Shown in pieces: positions 1 through 10,360 of a stretch of 64,000 nucleotides of DNA. Below the pieces are notes generated by a model. It was not told where the DNA came from and made no database searches. It saw nothing but the letters and a program-made list of their open reading frames with translations. Position 1 is the stretch's first letter, and every line of letters begins with the position of its first letter. The translations under genes were made by a program, and so were the position numbers. The stretch is taken from contig NIVC01001620.1 in the NCBI GenBank assembly GCA_002269645.1, forward strand, positions 186,001 through 250,000, read 5' to 3'. This DNA is from Macrostomum lignano. Lineage: Eukaryota.

Positions 1-267
1 CAATGCTGCTTGGTGTAATATTATACACAATCTTGTTGACCCCTTATTACAAATATATGCTGCTACTACTACAATGTTTTTTATTTATTACCTTATCAAT
101 TATGTTATTAGTAGCTGTATACTGTCTTTGAACTGGCCTTCATTTTTTTGATGGTTCCTGATTTATATACATCTAGTATAATATTCTATAGACCCTTCAA
201 GCTTTCAAGCATTCATAGAAGCTCAGAGTGTAGCTGTAACGCTAATATTGTGTAGCCTAATTATCAG

Positions 268-467
268 TGTAATATTTTATTCCTTGCCTTAGAGGCAGTC
301 TAAACTGTTAGCAATCGTGACAAATAATTAGCTGAATCATCGTATTGATTTAATGTACGTTCGCTCTCTATGTACATCGCAGGCTTAACTTCAACTTACA
401 TAGATAAAGCGATCACGGCCTCACGGGGCCTTCGTGTTTTTGGTGCTGCCAAATACCGCGTGTTACA
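268..467 (+). repeat. 5' LTR (200 bp)
   Basis: Matches 10503-10727 except for 2 substitutions (398, 403) and the absence of a 25-bp segment. Confidence 0.97.
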
Positions 468-469
468 AG

Positions 470-483
470 TGGTAGCAGAGCGT
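470..483 (+). promoter_or_regulatory. Primer-binding site, probably initiator tRNA-Met
   Basis: TGGTAGCAGAGCGT lies 2 nt after the 5' LTR. TGGTAGCAGAG is complementary to the 3' end of animal tRNAi-Met (...CTCTGCTACCA). Confidence 0.85.
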
Positions 484-1231
484 ACTATGGCAGAGGGCGG
501 CAGTCACCGTGCGATTCCTAGGGCGTTCAGCTCAGGCAACTTTAAGGAGTGGCTCCAGCGGTTTGAGTTGTGCGCGGCAGCCAACAAGTGGGTAAATGAC
601 AAGCATTTGCACCTGCCAACGTTTTTGGATGGTGAGGCTCTGGCTGTTTTTCTTGAGCTCGACGAGAATAGCAAGAGCGACTACAGCAAAGTGACCAAAG
701 CTCTGAGCCAGGCATTTCACCCGGACAGCCAGCAATTCTCAGCGCTGGATGCATTCGAGAGCCGGAAGCTGCTGCCGGGCGAATCTCCTCGGCTCTTTCT
801 CTATCACCTGAAGCAGCTGCTAAAGGACGCTGGCATCAGCGAGGCAGGCGCAACGGCCACCATGCTGACTCACCAGTTCATCCGCGGACTGCCGGTGGAC
901 ATCAGCAAGCAGATCAGAGCGGACGCGTCAGCCAAGACCGTGAGTGACGCTCTCGCACGGGCACAACTGCTACTGGAGCTGCCTTCTGCCACCACGGACG
1001 GATTCAAGCAGCCTCTTGCAGCGGCAGCCGGAGCTGCAGGCAGCGCGGAGACGGCAGAACTGAGGGCTGCGGTCAGCTCGCTGCAGGCGACGGTCCAAGA
1101 CCTGGCGGCGAAGCTGGGCTCTGACTTACTTGACTTAGCTGAAGGGTGGTCCGTAGACACAGCGGGGAGGCGAGGGTCGCCCATTCCGCTAGCCCCTGAA
1201 GGCCCGCAGACAGGCAGAGGCGTGGGGCCGG

Positions 1232-4200
1232 TCAGGATGGTCCGCCGGTCCGTCCTGCAGCGTGATCATCCGTTGGGAAGAAACTGGCTCGTCTAGTCGC
1301 CCGAAGGAACTGGATGAGCCGTGGAATGCTGTCGGGCTGGCAAACCTCGTCAATGGACGGGTTCGGCCCGAGGTAGCGTAGCCGGTCTCTGTTAAAGAAA
1401 GGGCAGTGACAGACAAAGTGCTGAGCATCTTCATTGTCGCACTCGCAAAAGGGGCAAATTTCGCTCTCGAGGTCGCCTCGGAGGAAGCAGTGCCTGGCGA
1501 GGTAGCCATGGCCGGTAAGGGTCATGACAAGGGCTCGAATATCCTTCCGATTCTGGTTCAGAAGGATGTTTCTGAGCCTGTGAGACGGGCAAGGAACCGC
1601 GGCACGAGATTGCCGGCAGTTTTGGGTGCCCGCCCATCTGTCCCTGTGGAGGGAGTCAGCCCAGTCGTCGATCTGACGATTGATGACTGTCAAGGGCATA
1701 GGGACCAGGGGGGCAGGGCCGAAGAAAGAGCCAGAGCCGCCCCTCTTGGCGAGGGTGTCTGCCAGCTCGTTCCCCGGAAACCCTGCGTGCCCTGGGATCC
1801 ACTTCAGCCTGACAGTATTGCTTCTGGCCAGGAGGTTGAGCTGCCGGGCGCAGTCGGCGACTGTCCGGGAGTTCGTTGTGGTGTGGCAAAGGGCCTGTAA
1901 GGCCGCTTGGCTGTCGGAGTGGATGACAATAGTCTTTCCTCTCGTAACCTTGGCGTTCAGCTCTGCAGCGCAAGAGCTGATGGCAAGGACTTCGTTCTGG
2001 AAGACTGTGGAGAGTCTACCAGTGTGCTGGGCATGCGTGGCAATTACGCGGCCGTTGATGATGATGCAGACCCCAAAGCCGGCGCGACCGTCTTTGATGG
2101 ATCCGTCCGTGTAGCAATGGACCTCCTGGAAATTCCAGTGGTCATTGGCAGTATCCCTAGAGGGGATGGTGACCTTGTAGCGCTGAAAGAGGTTGAGAGT
2201 GCGGGGTTCGCCGTCAGATAGGACGTGGAGCCCGCCGCTGTCTCTCAAGTCCTTGAGGCAGAGGTCAGCGTGGGGCAGAAGCTTGCGCTTAGCCATGGCC
2301 CTATGGGGCTGGATTCGAATGCCAGCGTCAGCTAGACGGCGGGCAGTCTTAGCCGCTTCCCTGCGGACAAAGATGTCCAGCGGAGGAATGTTGAGGAAGG
2401 CGTTGAGGCCATCGTAAGGAGCAGACGGAGGGGCGCTCATGATCGTGCGACAAGCGCGCCCTTGCGCTCTCCTGAGAGCCTCTAGACAGGTCTTTATCTG
2501 CAGGGCGCTAGCCCAGATCAGGCCGCCATACGAGATAGCGGGCCTAACCATAGCAGTGTAGATCCACCAGAGGCGCTTGGGGGTGAGCCCCCAGATGGTG
2601 CCGACAGCCCTGCGCAATTGCGCGAGGACTGCGAAGGCCTTTTTGGCTTTTGTTTGAACGTGGGGTGACCAGTTCAGCCTGTGGTCCAGGGTAATACCCA
2701 GACATTTAGTCTGCTTGCAGAAGGGGATTTCCCTTCCGTAAAGCGTGAGCGGCCGAATCTGCCACTTGGTCCTGCTGGTGAACATGATCGCTGCGGTCTT
2801 AGTCTCAGAGAGCCTTAAACCACAGCGGTCCGCCCATTGCTCAGCAGCGTAGATGAAGTTCTGAAGAAGGTCCCTGAGGGTATCAGGGGACGGACCAGAT
2901 GCCACCGCGGTGACATCGTCCGCATATCCAACTTTCAGAATGGGGTCAGGCCGAACATCCCGGAGGAGCTCATCGATGACCATATTCCAGAGAACTGGAG
3001 ACAGCACCCCACCTTGCGGGCTACCTTTGCAGACGGGGACCGTCCTCTGGTAGCCCAGCAGACTGGCGGTGGCCGTGCGATGGCTGATCATGTACATGAT
3101 CCATCTGGTGAGATGTGAGTGTGTTTGCCTCTCACAAAGAGCTCTTCGGAACGCCTCAAAGAGGACGTTATCGAAGGCGCCAATGATGTCCAGGAAGATC
3201 CCCAGAGCAAAGCCATTACCAAGCACGGCCTTCTCGAGTTTATCGACCAGGACGTGCAGCGCGCTTTCAGTGGAGCGACCCGCCCGAAAAGCGTGCTGGT
3301 TCTCGCTGAGAGGTTTGTTCTTCAGCTCAACAGAGAGAAGGCGCCAAAGCACCAGTCTCTCCATCAGCTTGACCAGGGAGGAGGTCAAGCTGATCGGTCT
3401 GAAGGATTTGATAGAATGGTAGTCCGGGCGGCCTGGCTTAGGGATAAAGATCACCTTTGCTCGGTCCATGCCTGTGGGACATAACCAAGCGTGATGCATG
3501 CCCGAAGAAGGCTGCAAAGTTTGCGCAGGAAGCCTGGGCATTTAACCGCTCTCTTAGAAGGGCCGGTACAATGCCGTCGGGTCCTGGGGCTTTGAAAGGC
3601 TTGAAGGAATTTGCCGCTCTCACAATGCGGTCCTCCGTGATGATAGAGGCAGCCAGCGCGTGACCTCCCTCCGAGTGATCCGGAGTGGTCTGGTTAGCTG
3701 GCTCGTTGGGAAAAACGCAGTGAGCATTACATCAAGCGTTTCCCCTGGGTTGTCCGTGGACGTACCGTCGGTGCGTTTGACCGAGGAGAGCTTAGACATT
3801 TTGTCCAGCGTGAGCGCTTTCACAACTCTGGAGGTGGGGCGTGAGCCTCTAGCTCCTCACAGTATTGTCGCCATTTTTGAGCCTTTGCATTCCTAACCTG
3901 CCTTTTAAACTCATGAATTGCTTCATGATAGGCGGTTTGGTCTGCAGGGCTCTTAGTTTTAGTTGCTCTGCGGTGGAGTCTCTTAGCCCTGCGACGGAGG
4001 TTGCCGAGCTCGGGATTCCACCACGGCGCCGATTTTTTCCCTTTATAGGCTTTTAAAGGGCAGGACGCCTCAAAGGCGGCGGTTAGCGTCTCTGTCAAAA
4101 CAGTCGCGCACTCATCCGCCTCTCGGCACGACGTGATCGTGGATGGTTGGCCAGGAGACCGATGGAATTCCTTCAGGGCGAGCCCGAAGGTTTCCCAATC

Positions 4201-4932
4201 CGTATTTCTGGCGTTCCGTCTCCACGTAACACGAGTTGCGCTACGCGCGGCCATTAGGTTGAAGGAGATGAACTTGTGATCCGAGAGTGAGGACACTGGA
4301 AGCACCCGCCACGCCCCAATACTCTGGTAGAGTCTGGGCGTTGCGAGCGTAGCGTCGATCACCTCCGACCACCGTCCGTTGTCAAAGGTAGGGGTGGACC
4401 CAGAGTTGCAGAACTCGAGGGTCGTAGAGGCAACGTAGGCTAGGAGGTCTTCGCCTCTCTGATTAATGCCAGTGCTGCCCCAGTGAGTGTGGTGGGCGTT
4501 GATGTCGCCGGCAACCATGAGCTCGTAGTTTTTGGCAGAGCAGAGCTCTACCAGCGTAGCGAGGGCTCTGGGGACGACCGCAGCATCGCCTGGTAGGTAA
4601 ACCGAGGCAATGAGGGTGGTCTTCCCAGGAAGAAGGTCCTCGGATTGGATGACGCAGATGTCCCTGTTGGACAGGTCCGATCTGAGCCACGCACTGAGCG
4701 TTTTGCTCGCAAAGATGCAAGCTCTGGGAGGCTGGTTGGCCTCGCGAGGGTAAGTATAAAAACAATTGTAGCCAGCAGGGGCGTTTTGAGGCTTACCTCT
4801 GAGAGTCCAGGGTTCCTGGACGAGGATGAGCCCCGGCTTGTCGAGCTCGGCGTAACGCATAAGGTTGACCGAGGCTGCGACGCAGTGCTGCAGATTAATC
4901 TGCAGGCAATGGATTCCCTGGTTGCTGATCAT
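1232..4932 (-). pseudogene. LINE ORF2: AP endonuclease - reverse transcriptase - RNase H - C-terminal CCHC; frameshifted as sequenced
   Basis: APE motifs QINLQH, LVQEPW, GDINAHH, SDHKFI. RT motifs KAPGPDGI, PQGGVLSP, YADD, LGITLD. RNase H motifs YTDGS, NEVLAI, SDSQ, WIPGH, GNELAD. C-terminal CPFC...HFVCHC. About four 1-nt deletions near 3835, 3705, 3545 and 3462; 3701+4 nt gives 1235 codons. Confidence 0.9.
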
Positions 4933-4934
4933 TA

Positions 4935-6399
4935 TCACGCAGTTGGGGAATCGTTGAGCAGGTCATCCTCCTCCTTTTCAGTGGTGGGTGACCCGCAGAC
5001 CTCCATGGGAGTTTCAGCGTCCTCAGCAGTTAGGGTGGCTGTGGAGTCCTCCGCGGACGTGAGCCCAGCGTGGACGTTACCGTCGCCTCCCCTGCGTGCT
5101 TCGGTGCTGTCACTGCCCGTCCCCTCTGCCTCGTCGGTCAGGTCGATGCGGGTGGCGCCAGCCTCCTGGTGAGTCACAGACTCGAACCAGTCGGTCGGAG
5201 CCTCCCCGCTTAGAGTCTGGCCTTCTGGCTGTTGGGGTGGAGCGCGAGAAGCGCGGGCCCGCTCACGATGCGCACGAAGGTTCTTGGCCTGGTCCAGCGC
5301 GCGCTGGATCAGGCCGGACCTCCGGGTGCTCCTGGCGGGTCTGCGATTGCGATTTCCGGTTTCAGCAGCGCGAACTGCCTTACCGGGCATAGGATCGGCC
5401 GTTTGCCTCGGCTTCTTTGCCGGAGGAGCCTGGGCCCCAGTTCCGGTTTCGGAAGCTTTGGCATTCTTGGCTTCATCAGCTTTCCGCTCCTCGCAACGGA
5501 GGATGGTCAGCTGAGTCAGACCAATATGAATTGTGGACTTAGGCGGCAAGCGCTTAGCCCAGTCATCAAGAGCCCTAGGATCACCGTAGCCCCCTTCTCC
5601 TTGCGGGAAGTGGCGTGGTGTAGGAGCCCGTTGACCTCAAGGTCGGGGTGCAGCTTTAGCAATATTTGCCTAAGCTGATCTCCGGACTTAATGGCACTGC
5701 CGGCCGGGATCCAGACGCGAAAGCGCTGGGTCTTCTGTCGTTCGCCCTCGCTGGCGAAGACGAGCTTGCCGAGCTTCTTGGGCCAGTTCAGCTTTGGCAG
5801 AAGCTCGCGTAGATTGCGGCTGCTCTCCTCCGAGCTGCACCAGATGAAGATGCAGCCGTCGGTCTTGGCAGACTTGACCACGCTTACAGGGCGGCCCGCC
5901 AGGAGCTGGTCGATGAGCGCAGCATCGATGGTGCGCCAGGCACTGTCGAGCTCGTCGGCCGTGAGGTCCTGCTCTTCCCCGAAGACGATGACCGCCGGTT
6001 GGAGCTTGACCTTTGAGGCGTAGTTGGTGGCGGCGGTTCCCGAAGGCCCGGCCGCGCTTGTAGCAGGTATACTGGGTGGCTCACCAGCGGGGGTTGTATC
6101 CTGGGGGGCAGGGGTTGCTGTGGTTCCTTTCGGCCCAACAGCAGCCTCGCCCTCCCTAGGTTCCCCTCCGCCGGTGGCCGGCCCGCAGTACCCCGTAGTC
6201 GCCGTCGCCGCTCGTTGCGGCGTTGGTTGCGGGTGCGTCGGGCTTCAGCGGAGGGCCCGGTTGCGCGTGCGGGCATGTCACCGGCCGAGCCGGCGGCAAG
6301 CCCATCTGCCCCCGGTGGGGCGGCGCTGGTGCCAGAGTCACCGGCCGGAGTTGCCGGGGCCCCGGCTTCAGCGGGGGTTAAAGAGGCGGATGACGCCAT
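4935..6399 (-). pseudogene. LINE ORF1 (about 488 aa restored), DUF4780-like, no CCHC knuckles; two 1-nt frameshifts
   Basis: ATG 6399 gives MASSASLTP. Frames join near 6165 and 5560. The central segment FRVWIPAG...LKLHPDL...GATVILGL..DW...IHIGLTQLTIL resembles ORF1 of LOA-clade elements (recognition from memory, not a search). Confidence 0.75.
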
Positions 6400-6988
6400 A
6401 GCTGAAAGCGGGAAGGAGTGAGCTGAGTCACAAAAGAAAGAGGAAAGAAGAAAAAGAAAAGGACCGCTAGCGACCGGACAACCCCCGGCCTTCCAGCCCA
6501 TCGGCACGGTCAAACACCTTAGGCATTAGGGGGTACGTTAAGCAGTACCACGGCCTGCAGGCTGGCAAGCCAGACCCGCATACCCAAATTCGGCCGAAGC
6601 CACTGGATGGGTCGCCAGCGTCGGAGCCCAGTCTGTCCAGCAGCCCTAGGGTCTGCCTTGAACACACGCGGGGACGAGTACCCTGGGTCGACTTGTGAAA
6701 CAGCGTGAGGGGGGGTCTGCGGCTGCCAGCGGCAAATAGCGGGTGCAGACATCCCTCTCCAGCCTTGACCTGCTGAAGATAGGGGCAGGCGTGAAGCATC
6801 GCAGACCGTAGCCCATAGGCCTGGTCTGTCTCATACTTCACTGGCGTGCTGAATACACCTTCGCGTGCGAAGCTGGGCTCAGAGGTTTCGGACTCCTGCG
6901 CGATTCGCAGTGCGAGGAGACAGCGCGAGGTGACCTGCTGGAACTGCCACCGCCGCGGCCACATCGCCAGGAACTGTAATCAGCCGTC

Positions 6989-7045
6989 GGGAAACGGCAC
7001 AGGCCGGGGCAGAGCCCGCACCCCTGGCCAGTTCTGAGCGCGGGC
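6989..7045 (+). promoter_or_regulatory. -1 programmed ribosomal frameshift signal (G GGA AAC plus predicted H-type pseudoknot)
   Basis: Slippery heptamer at 6989-6995 is in the gag frame, and the pol frame opens after TAA 6977-6979. A 6-nt spacer is followed by stem 1 (GGCCGGGG 7002-7009 / CCCTGGCC 7022-7029) and stem 2 (GCCCGC 7014-7019 / GCGGGC 7040-7045). Confidence 0.85.
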
Positions 7046-10000
7046 CCCAGCGTGAGTGGGTTGTTCCTGGGCGCAGAGGGGAGCGGTGCAGCCAGCAGCA
7101 GCGCAGCGGCAGTCGTCATCAGGCCGAACTCGGCGACATCCAAGCTGCAGTGCAGGATCGGAGGCGCGGACGTCACGGCGCTTATCGACTCAGGCAGCCA
7201 GGTGTCAATCGTGGACAAGCGGGTCCTGCAGAGCATGCGGCCAGCTCAGCTGGAGAGCGTGCACCTGGAGCTGCGGGCAGTCAACCAGCAAGCGGTGCCG
7301 GTGCGGCAGGTGGCCAGCCTGGCAGTGTCGCTCGGCGGCATCGAGCGGCGGCACCCGTTTTACGTGTCTGAAGGTCTGGTTGCTGCCGTCATCATTGGGC
7401 TGGACTTCATCAAGGCCTGCAACATGTGCCTGAACTTCAGCGACAGTGCAGCAGAGACCCCATCAAAGGACTCTTGTGTGATCAACGGCGTGAGTCACCT
7501 CGATGCTGACAGTCAGCTCGAGGACATTGAAGAGAAGCTGGTGCCGGATTTCACCAAGGAGGAGATCGACCTGCCAGTCGCGGAGGACCCGGACATCCGA
7601 GCTTTGGTGCGCGAGTTCAGCGACATTTTCACCAGGCGGCCAGGGCTGACGGATCGACACGAGCACAGCATCCCGCTGACTGACGATGTTCCGGTGCGGA
7701 TCCCGCCGAGGAAGCTGCCGGTGCACTGGGAGCCCGAGGTGAGGAAGCTGATTCAGGAGCTGCTGGACAATGACGTCATCGAGGAGTCGGACAGCCCGTA
7801 CGTGGCGACCCCAGTGTACGTGCGGAAGAAGAACGGTGACCTGCGGTTGACGATCGATTACCGCGAGCTGAACAAGAAGACGGTGCGGTCAGCGCAGGGC
7901 ATTCCGCAGATGGACTTCGTCAAGGACAAGTTGGCTGGCAACAAGATTTTCTCGGTGATCGACCTGAACGGCGGCTACTTCCAAATTCCGATGAAGCCGG
8001 AAGACAAGCAGAAGACGGCCTTCAGCCCAGGGCCCGGAATGCCGCTGTACCAGTTCAAGCGGATGCCGCAGGGCGTCTGTGGCGGCCCGAGCTCGTTCAC
8101 CATCCTAATGAACCGCGTGTTCAAAGGCGCCGCGCAGACCTTCACCTACATGGACGACACGCTGTGCTTCTCCAGATCGAAGGCTGAGCATCTCCGGCAC
8201 CTGCGAGAAGTCTTCGAGAAGATCAGAGGCGCTGGGCTCACCGTCCGAGGCAGCAAGTGCCAGCTAGGCCTGCCGGAGGTCACTTTTCTCGGCACCGTGT
8301 TCTCGGCCAAGGGTGCCACCGTGAGCCCTGAGAAGGTGCGCGCTATCCAAGAATGGCCGATACCGCATTCGCCAACGCAGGTGCGGCAGTTCCTGGGCCT
8401 CTGCAACCAGTACAGGAAGTACGTGCCGAGCTTCTCCGACATCGCCGGGCCGCTGCACAGACTGACGAGCAAAACAGAGAAGTTCGAGTGGACCAGCGAG
8501 TGCGGCACGGCATTCCGACGTCTCAAGGAGGCCCTGCAGCAGCCGCCGATCATCGGCCACCCGGATTTCTCCAAGGAGTTCCAGCTTTACACGGATGCCA
8601 GCAACACCGGAGTCGGCATCGTGCTCAAGCAAGGAGACCAGGTGATTGAGTACTGCAGCAGAGCGCTTACGGCACCGGAGAAGGGCTACTCAACTGTCGA
8701 GAAGGAGTGCCTGGCTATCCTGCACGCCCTGAAGACCTACAGGCACTACCTGCTTGGCCGGCACTTCACGGTCTTCACCAACCACTGCCCGCTCACGTTT
8801 CTGAATTCTCAGCGGGTCGACAGCCATGGCCGGCTTGGGCGCTGGCGGTTGCTGCTGCAGGAGTTCGCCTTCACCATCAAGTATACCAAGGGCGTCGACA
8901 ACGTGGAGGCGGACGGCCTGTCCAGGATGCACGAAAGCCACGGCGAGGTGATCGGAGCGTCGGCAACGGAGCTACAGCCGAAGGTGTCCAATCAGGAGAT
9001 GCGGCAGGCGCAACTTGCCGATCCGAAGCTCAAGCTGGTCCTCGCGGCGCTGGAGAAGGACAGCACGACGCCACCAAGATGGTCGGACACCAGCCTGAGA
9101 CACCTCAGCCGCATCTGGCGGAAGCTGAGGATCCAAGATGGCTTTCTCTGCCGGGCATTCAACGACGCCGCAGGACCGAGAGACGTTCCTGTGATTCCGG
9201 AGTCGCTGCGGCGCCAGTTCCTGACCGACTTCCACGAAGGCATCGGCGGGCACTTCGGGCCAGAGAAGATGGCCGATACGCTGAAGCAGGCCGCGTACTG
9301 GCCGGGACTGCAGAGCGACGTGGTGAGTTTCTGCCAGGAGTGCCAGACCTGCCAGCTAAAGAAGGCGCAGCAGCGCCCCGCGGCCCCACTTGGAGAGATG
9401 CCGATCGGCAAGCCCTGGCAGACTGTGGCCATCGACGTGCTGAAGGTGCCGCTGTCAGACCGCGGCAACAGCTACCTGCTGGTGATGCAGGACCAGTTCT
9501 CCAAGTTCCTGACCGCTACGCCGATGCCAGACCAGACTGCCAAGACCATCGCGGACGCTGCAGTCAAGGTTTTCTCGCTGTTCGGAGTCCCATCGGTCAT
9601 CCACTCGGATCAGGGCGCGAACTTCGAGAGCGAGCTGTTCCAGGAGACGCTGCGAGCGCTGGGCATCAGGAAGACGCGCACATCGCCCTACCATCCGCAG
9701 GGAAACGGCCTTGTGGAGCGCGGCAACAAGTCGCTGTTGCAACTGCTGCGGCTGTTCACCGAGAGTGAGTCCAGCTGGGAGGAGCAGCTGCCGCTGGTGG
9801 TCCTGTCCTACAACTCCAGGGTCCACAGCTCAACCAAGGTGACGCCGCTGACTGTGATGACCGGCCGCGACCCGCAGCTTCCACCACAGGTGCAGGCTAG
9901 CGAGCAGCAGTATGACATCGGCACCTACTCGGCGCTGCTGGAGCGTCGGTTGGCCCGCATCCGCGAGTTCGTTGAGGAAAACCTGGTGGCCGCCGGGCAG

Positions 10001-10360
10001 CAACAGAAGGCGGCGCACGACAAGAAGGCGTCGGACCTGCCGCAGTTTCCGCAAGGCACCGAGGTGTTGCTCAGCATCGAAATGCGGCGATCGAAGCTGG
10101 CGCCGTACTGGGAGCCGGGCTGGACGGTACTCGAGCAGCGCGGCCACTCGGTGCGCATCCGCCGCTCCTTCGGCATTCGGCCGGTCCGCTGGGTGCACGT
10201 GAACCGGCTGCGCAGGCGGCTCGCAGCCCAGGCCGATGCGGAGCAGCTCCGCGAGCAGCCGGTGACCCACGAGGTCGCCCCGGAGTCGAGCCAGGCCGAG
10301 CGGTGGTACCCGGCCAGGGTGCGGCGTCCTCCGGACTACCTCGGTGTGAGCGCTGAGTGA
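6989..10360 (+). CDS. pol: Gypsy Pol polyprotein (protease, RT, RNase H, integrase)
   Basis: Uninterrupted ORF with LIDSGS (PR), YMDD (RT), YTDAS/EKE/TNH/ADGLS (RH), HHCC zinc finger H..GGH...CQEC..C, D-D-E core (IDVL, HSDQG, GLVER) and C-terminal YPARVRRPPDY. Confidence 0.95.
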   Translation, partial: GKRHRPGQSPHPWPVLSAGPSVSGLFLGAEGSGAASSSAAAVVIRPNSATSKLQCRIGGADVTALIDSGSQVSIVDKRVLQSMRPAQLESVHLELRAVNQQAVPVRQVASLAVSLGGIERRHPFYVSEGLVAAVIIGLDFIKACNMCLNFSDSAAETPSKDSCVINGVSHLDADSQLEDIEEKLVPDFTKEEIDLPVAEDPDIRALVREFSDIFTRRPGLTDRHEHSIPLTDDVPVRIPPRKLPVHWEPEVRKLIQELLDNDVIEESDSPYVATPVYVRKKNGDLRLTIDYRELNKKTVRSAQGIPQMDFVKDKLAGNKIFSVIDLNGGYFQIPMKPEDKQKTAFSPGPGMPLYQFKRMPQGVCGGPSSFTILMNRVFKGAAQTFTYMDDTLCFSRSKAEHLRHLREVFEKIRGAGLTVRGSKCQLGLPEVTFLGTVFSAKGATVSPEKVRAIQEWPIPHSPTQVRQFLGLCNQYRKYVPSFSDIAGPLHRLTSKTEKFEWTSECGTAFRRLKEALQQPPIIGHPDFSKEFQLYTDASNTGVGIVLKQGDQVIEYCSRALTAPEKGYSTVEKECLAILHALKTYRHYLLGRHFTVFTNHCPLTFLNSQRVDSHGRLGRWRLLLQEFAFTIKYTKGVDNVEADGLSRMHESHGEVIGASATELQPKVSNQEMRQAQLADPKLKLVLAALEKDSTTPPRWSDTSLRHLSRIWRKLRIQDGFLCRAFNDAAGPRDVPVIPESLRRQFLTDFHEGIGGHFGPEKMADTLKQAAYWPGLQSDVVSFCQECQTCQLKKAQQRPAAPLGEMPIGKPWQTVAIDVLKVPLSDRGNSYLLVMQDQFSKFLTATPMPDQTAKTIADAAVKVFSLFGVPSVIHSDQGANFESELFQETLRALGIRKTRTSPYHPQGNGLVERGNKSLLQLLRLFTESESSWEEQLPLVVLSYNSRVHSSTKVTPLTVMTGRDPQLPPQVQASEQQYDIGTYSALLERRLARIREFVEENLVAAGQQQKAAHDKKASDLPQFPQGTEVLLSIEMRRSKLAPYWEPGWTVLEQRGHSVRIRRSFGIRPVRWVHVNRLRRRLAAQADAEQLREQPVTHEVAPESSQAERWYPARVRRPPDYLGVSAE

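Larger units (their letters stand above)
1122..6866 (-). mobile_element. Non-LTR retrotransposon (LINE), LOA-like / R1-I group, about 5.75 kb, apparently full length
   Basis: 14-bp TSD GCGAAGCTGGGCTC at 1108-1121 and 6867-6880. Two ORFs, a 5' UTR of about 470 bp, and a 3' end in a short TAAGTCAAG-TAAGTCA repeat rather than poly(A). Confidence 0.93.
487..7037 (+). pseudogene. gag: Gypsy Gag (263 aa when rejoined: 487-1121 + 6881-7037), disrupted by the LINE insertion
   Basis: ATG 487 gives MAEGGSHRAIP...FKEWLQRFE. Removing 1122-6880 rejoins ...AAKLGS-EVSDS... in frame, followed by the zinc knuckle CWNCHRRGHIARNC and TGA at 7035-7037. Confidence 0.92.

Noticed and set aside
370-1296. 308-aa ORF as a complete Gag
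   Set aside because: It starts inside the LTR and its last ~58 codons read into the LINE 3' end. True Gag starts at 487 and continues at 6881.
7052-7054. GTG start for an independent pol gene
   Set aside because: The frame is open back to 6980 and contains a canonical -1 slippery site, so a Gag-Pol fusion is more plausible.
8707-9768. 353-aa alternative-frame ORF and other antisense or overlapping ORFs within pol and LINE ORF2
   Set aside because: By-products of GC-rich codon bias with no recognisable motifs.
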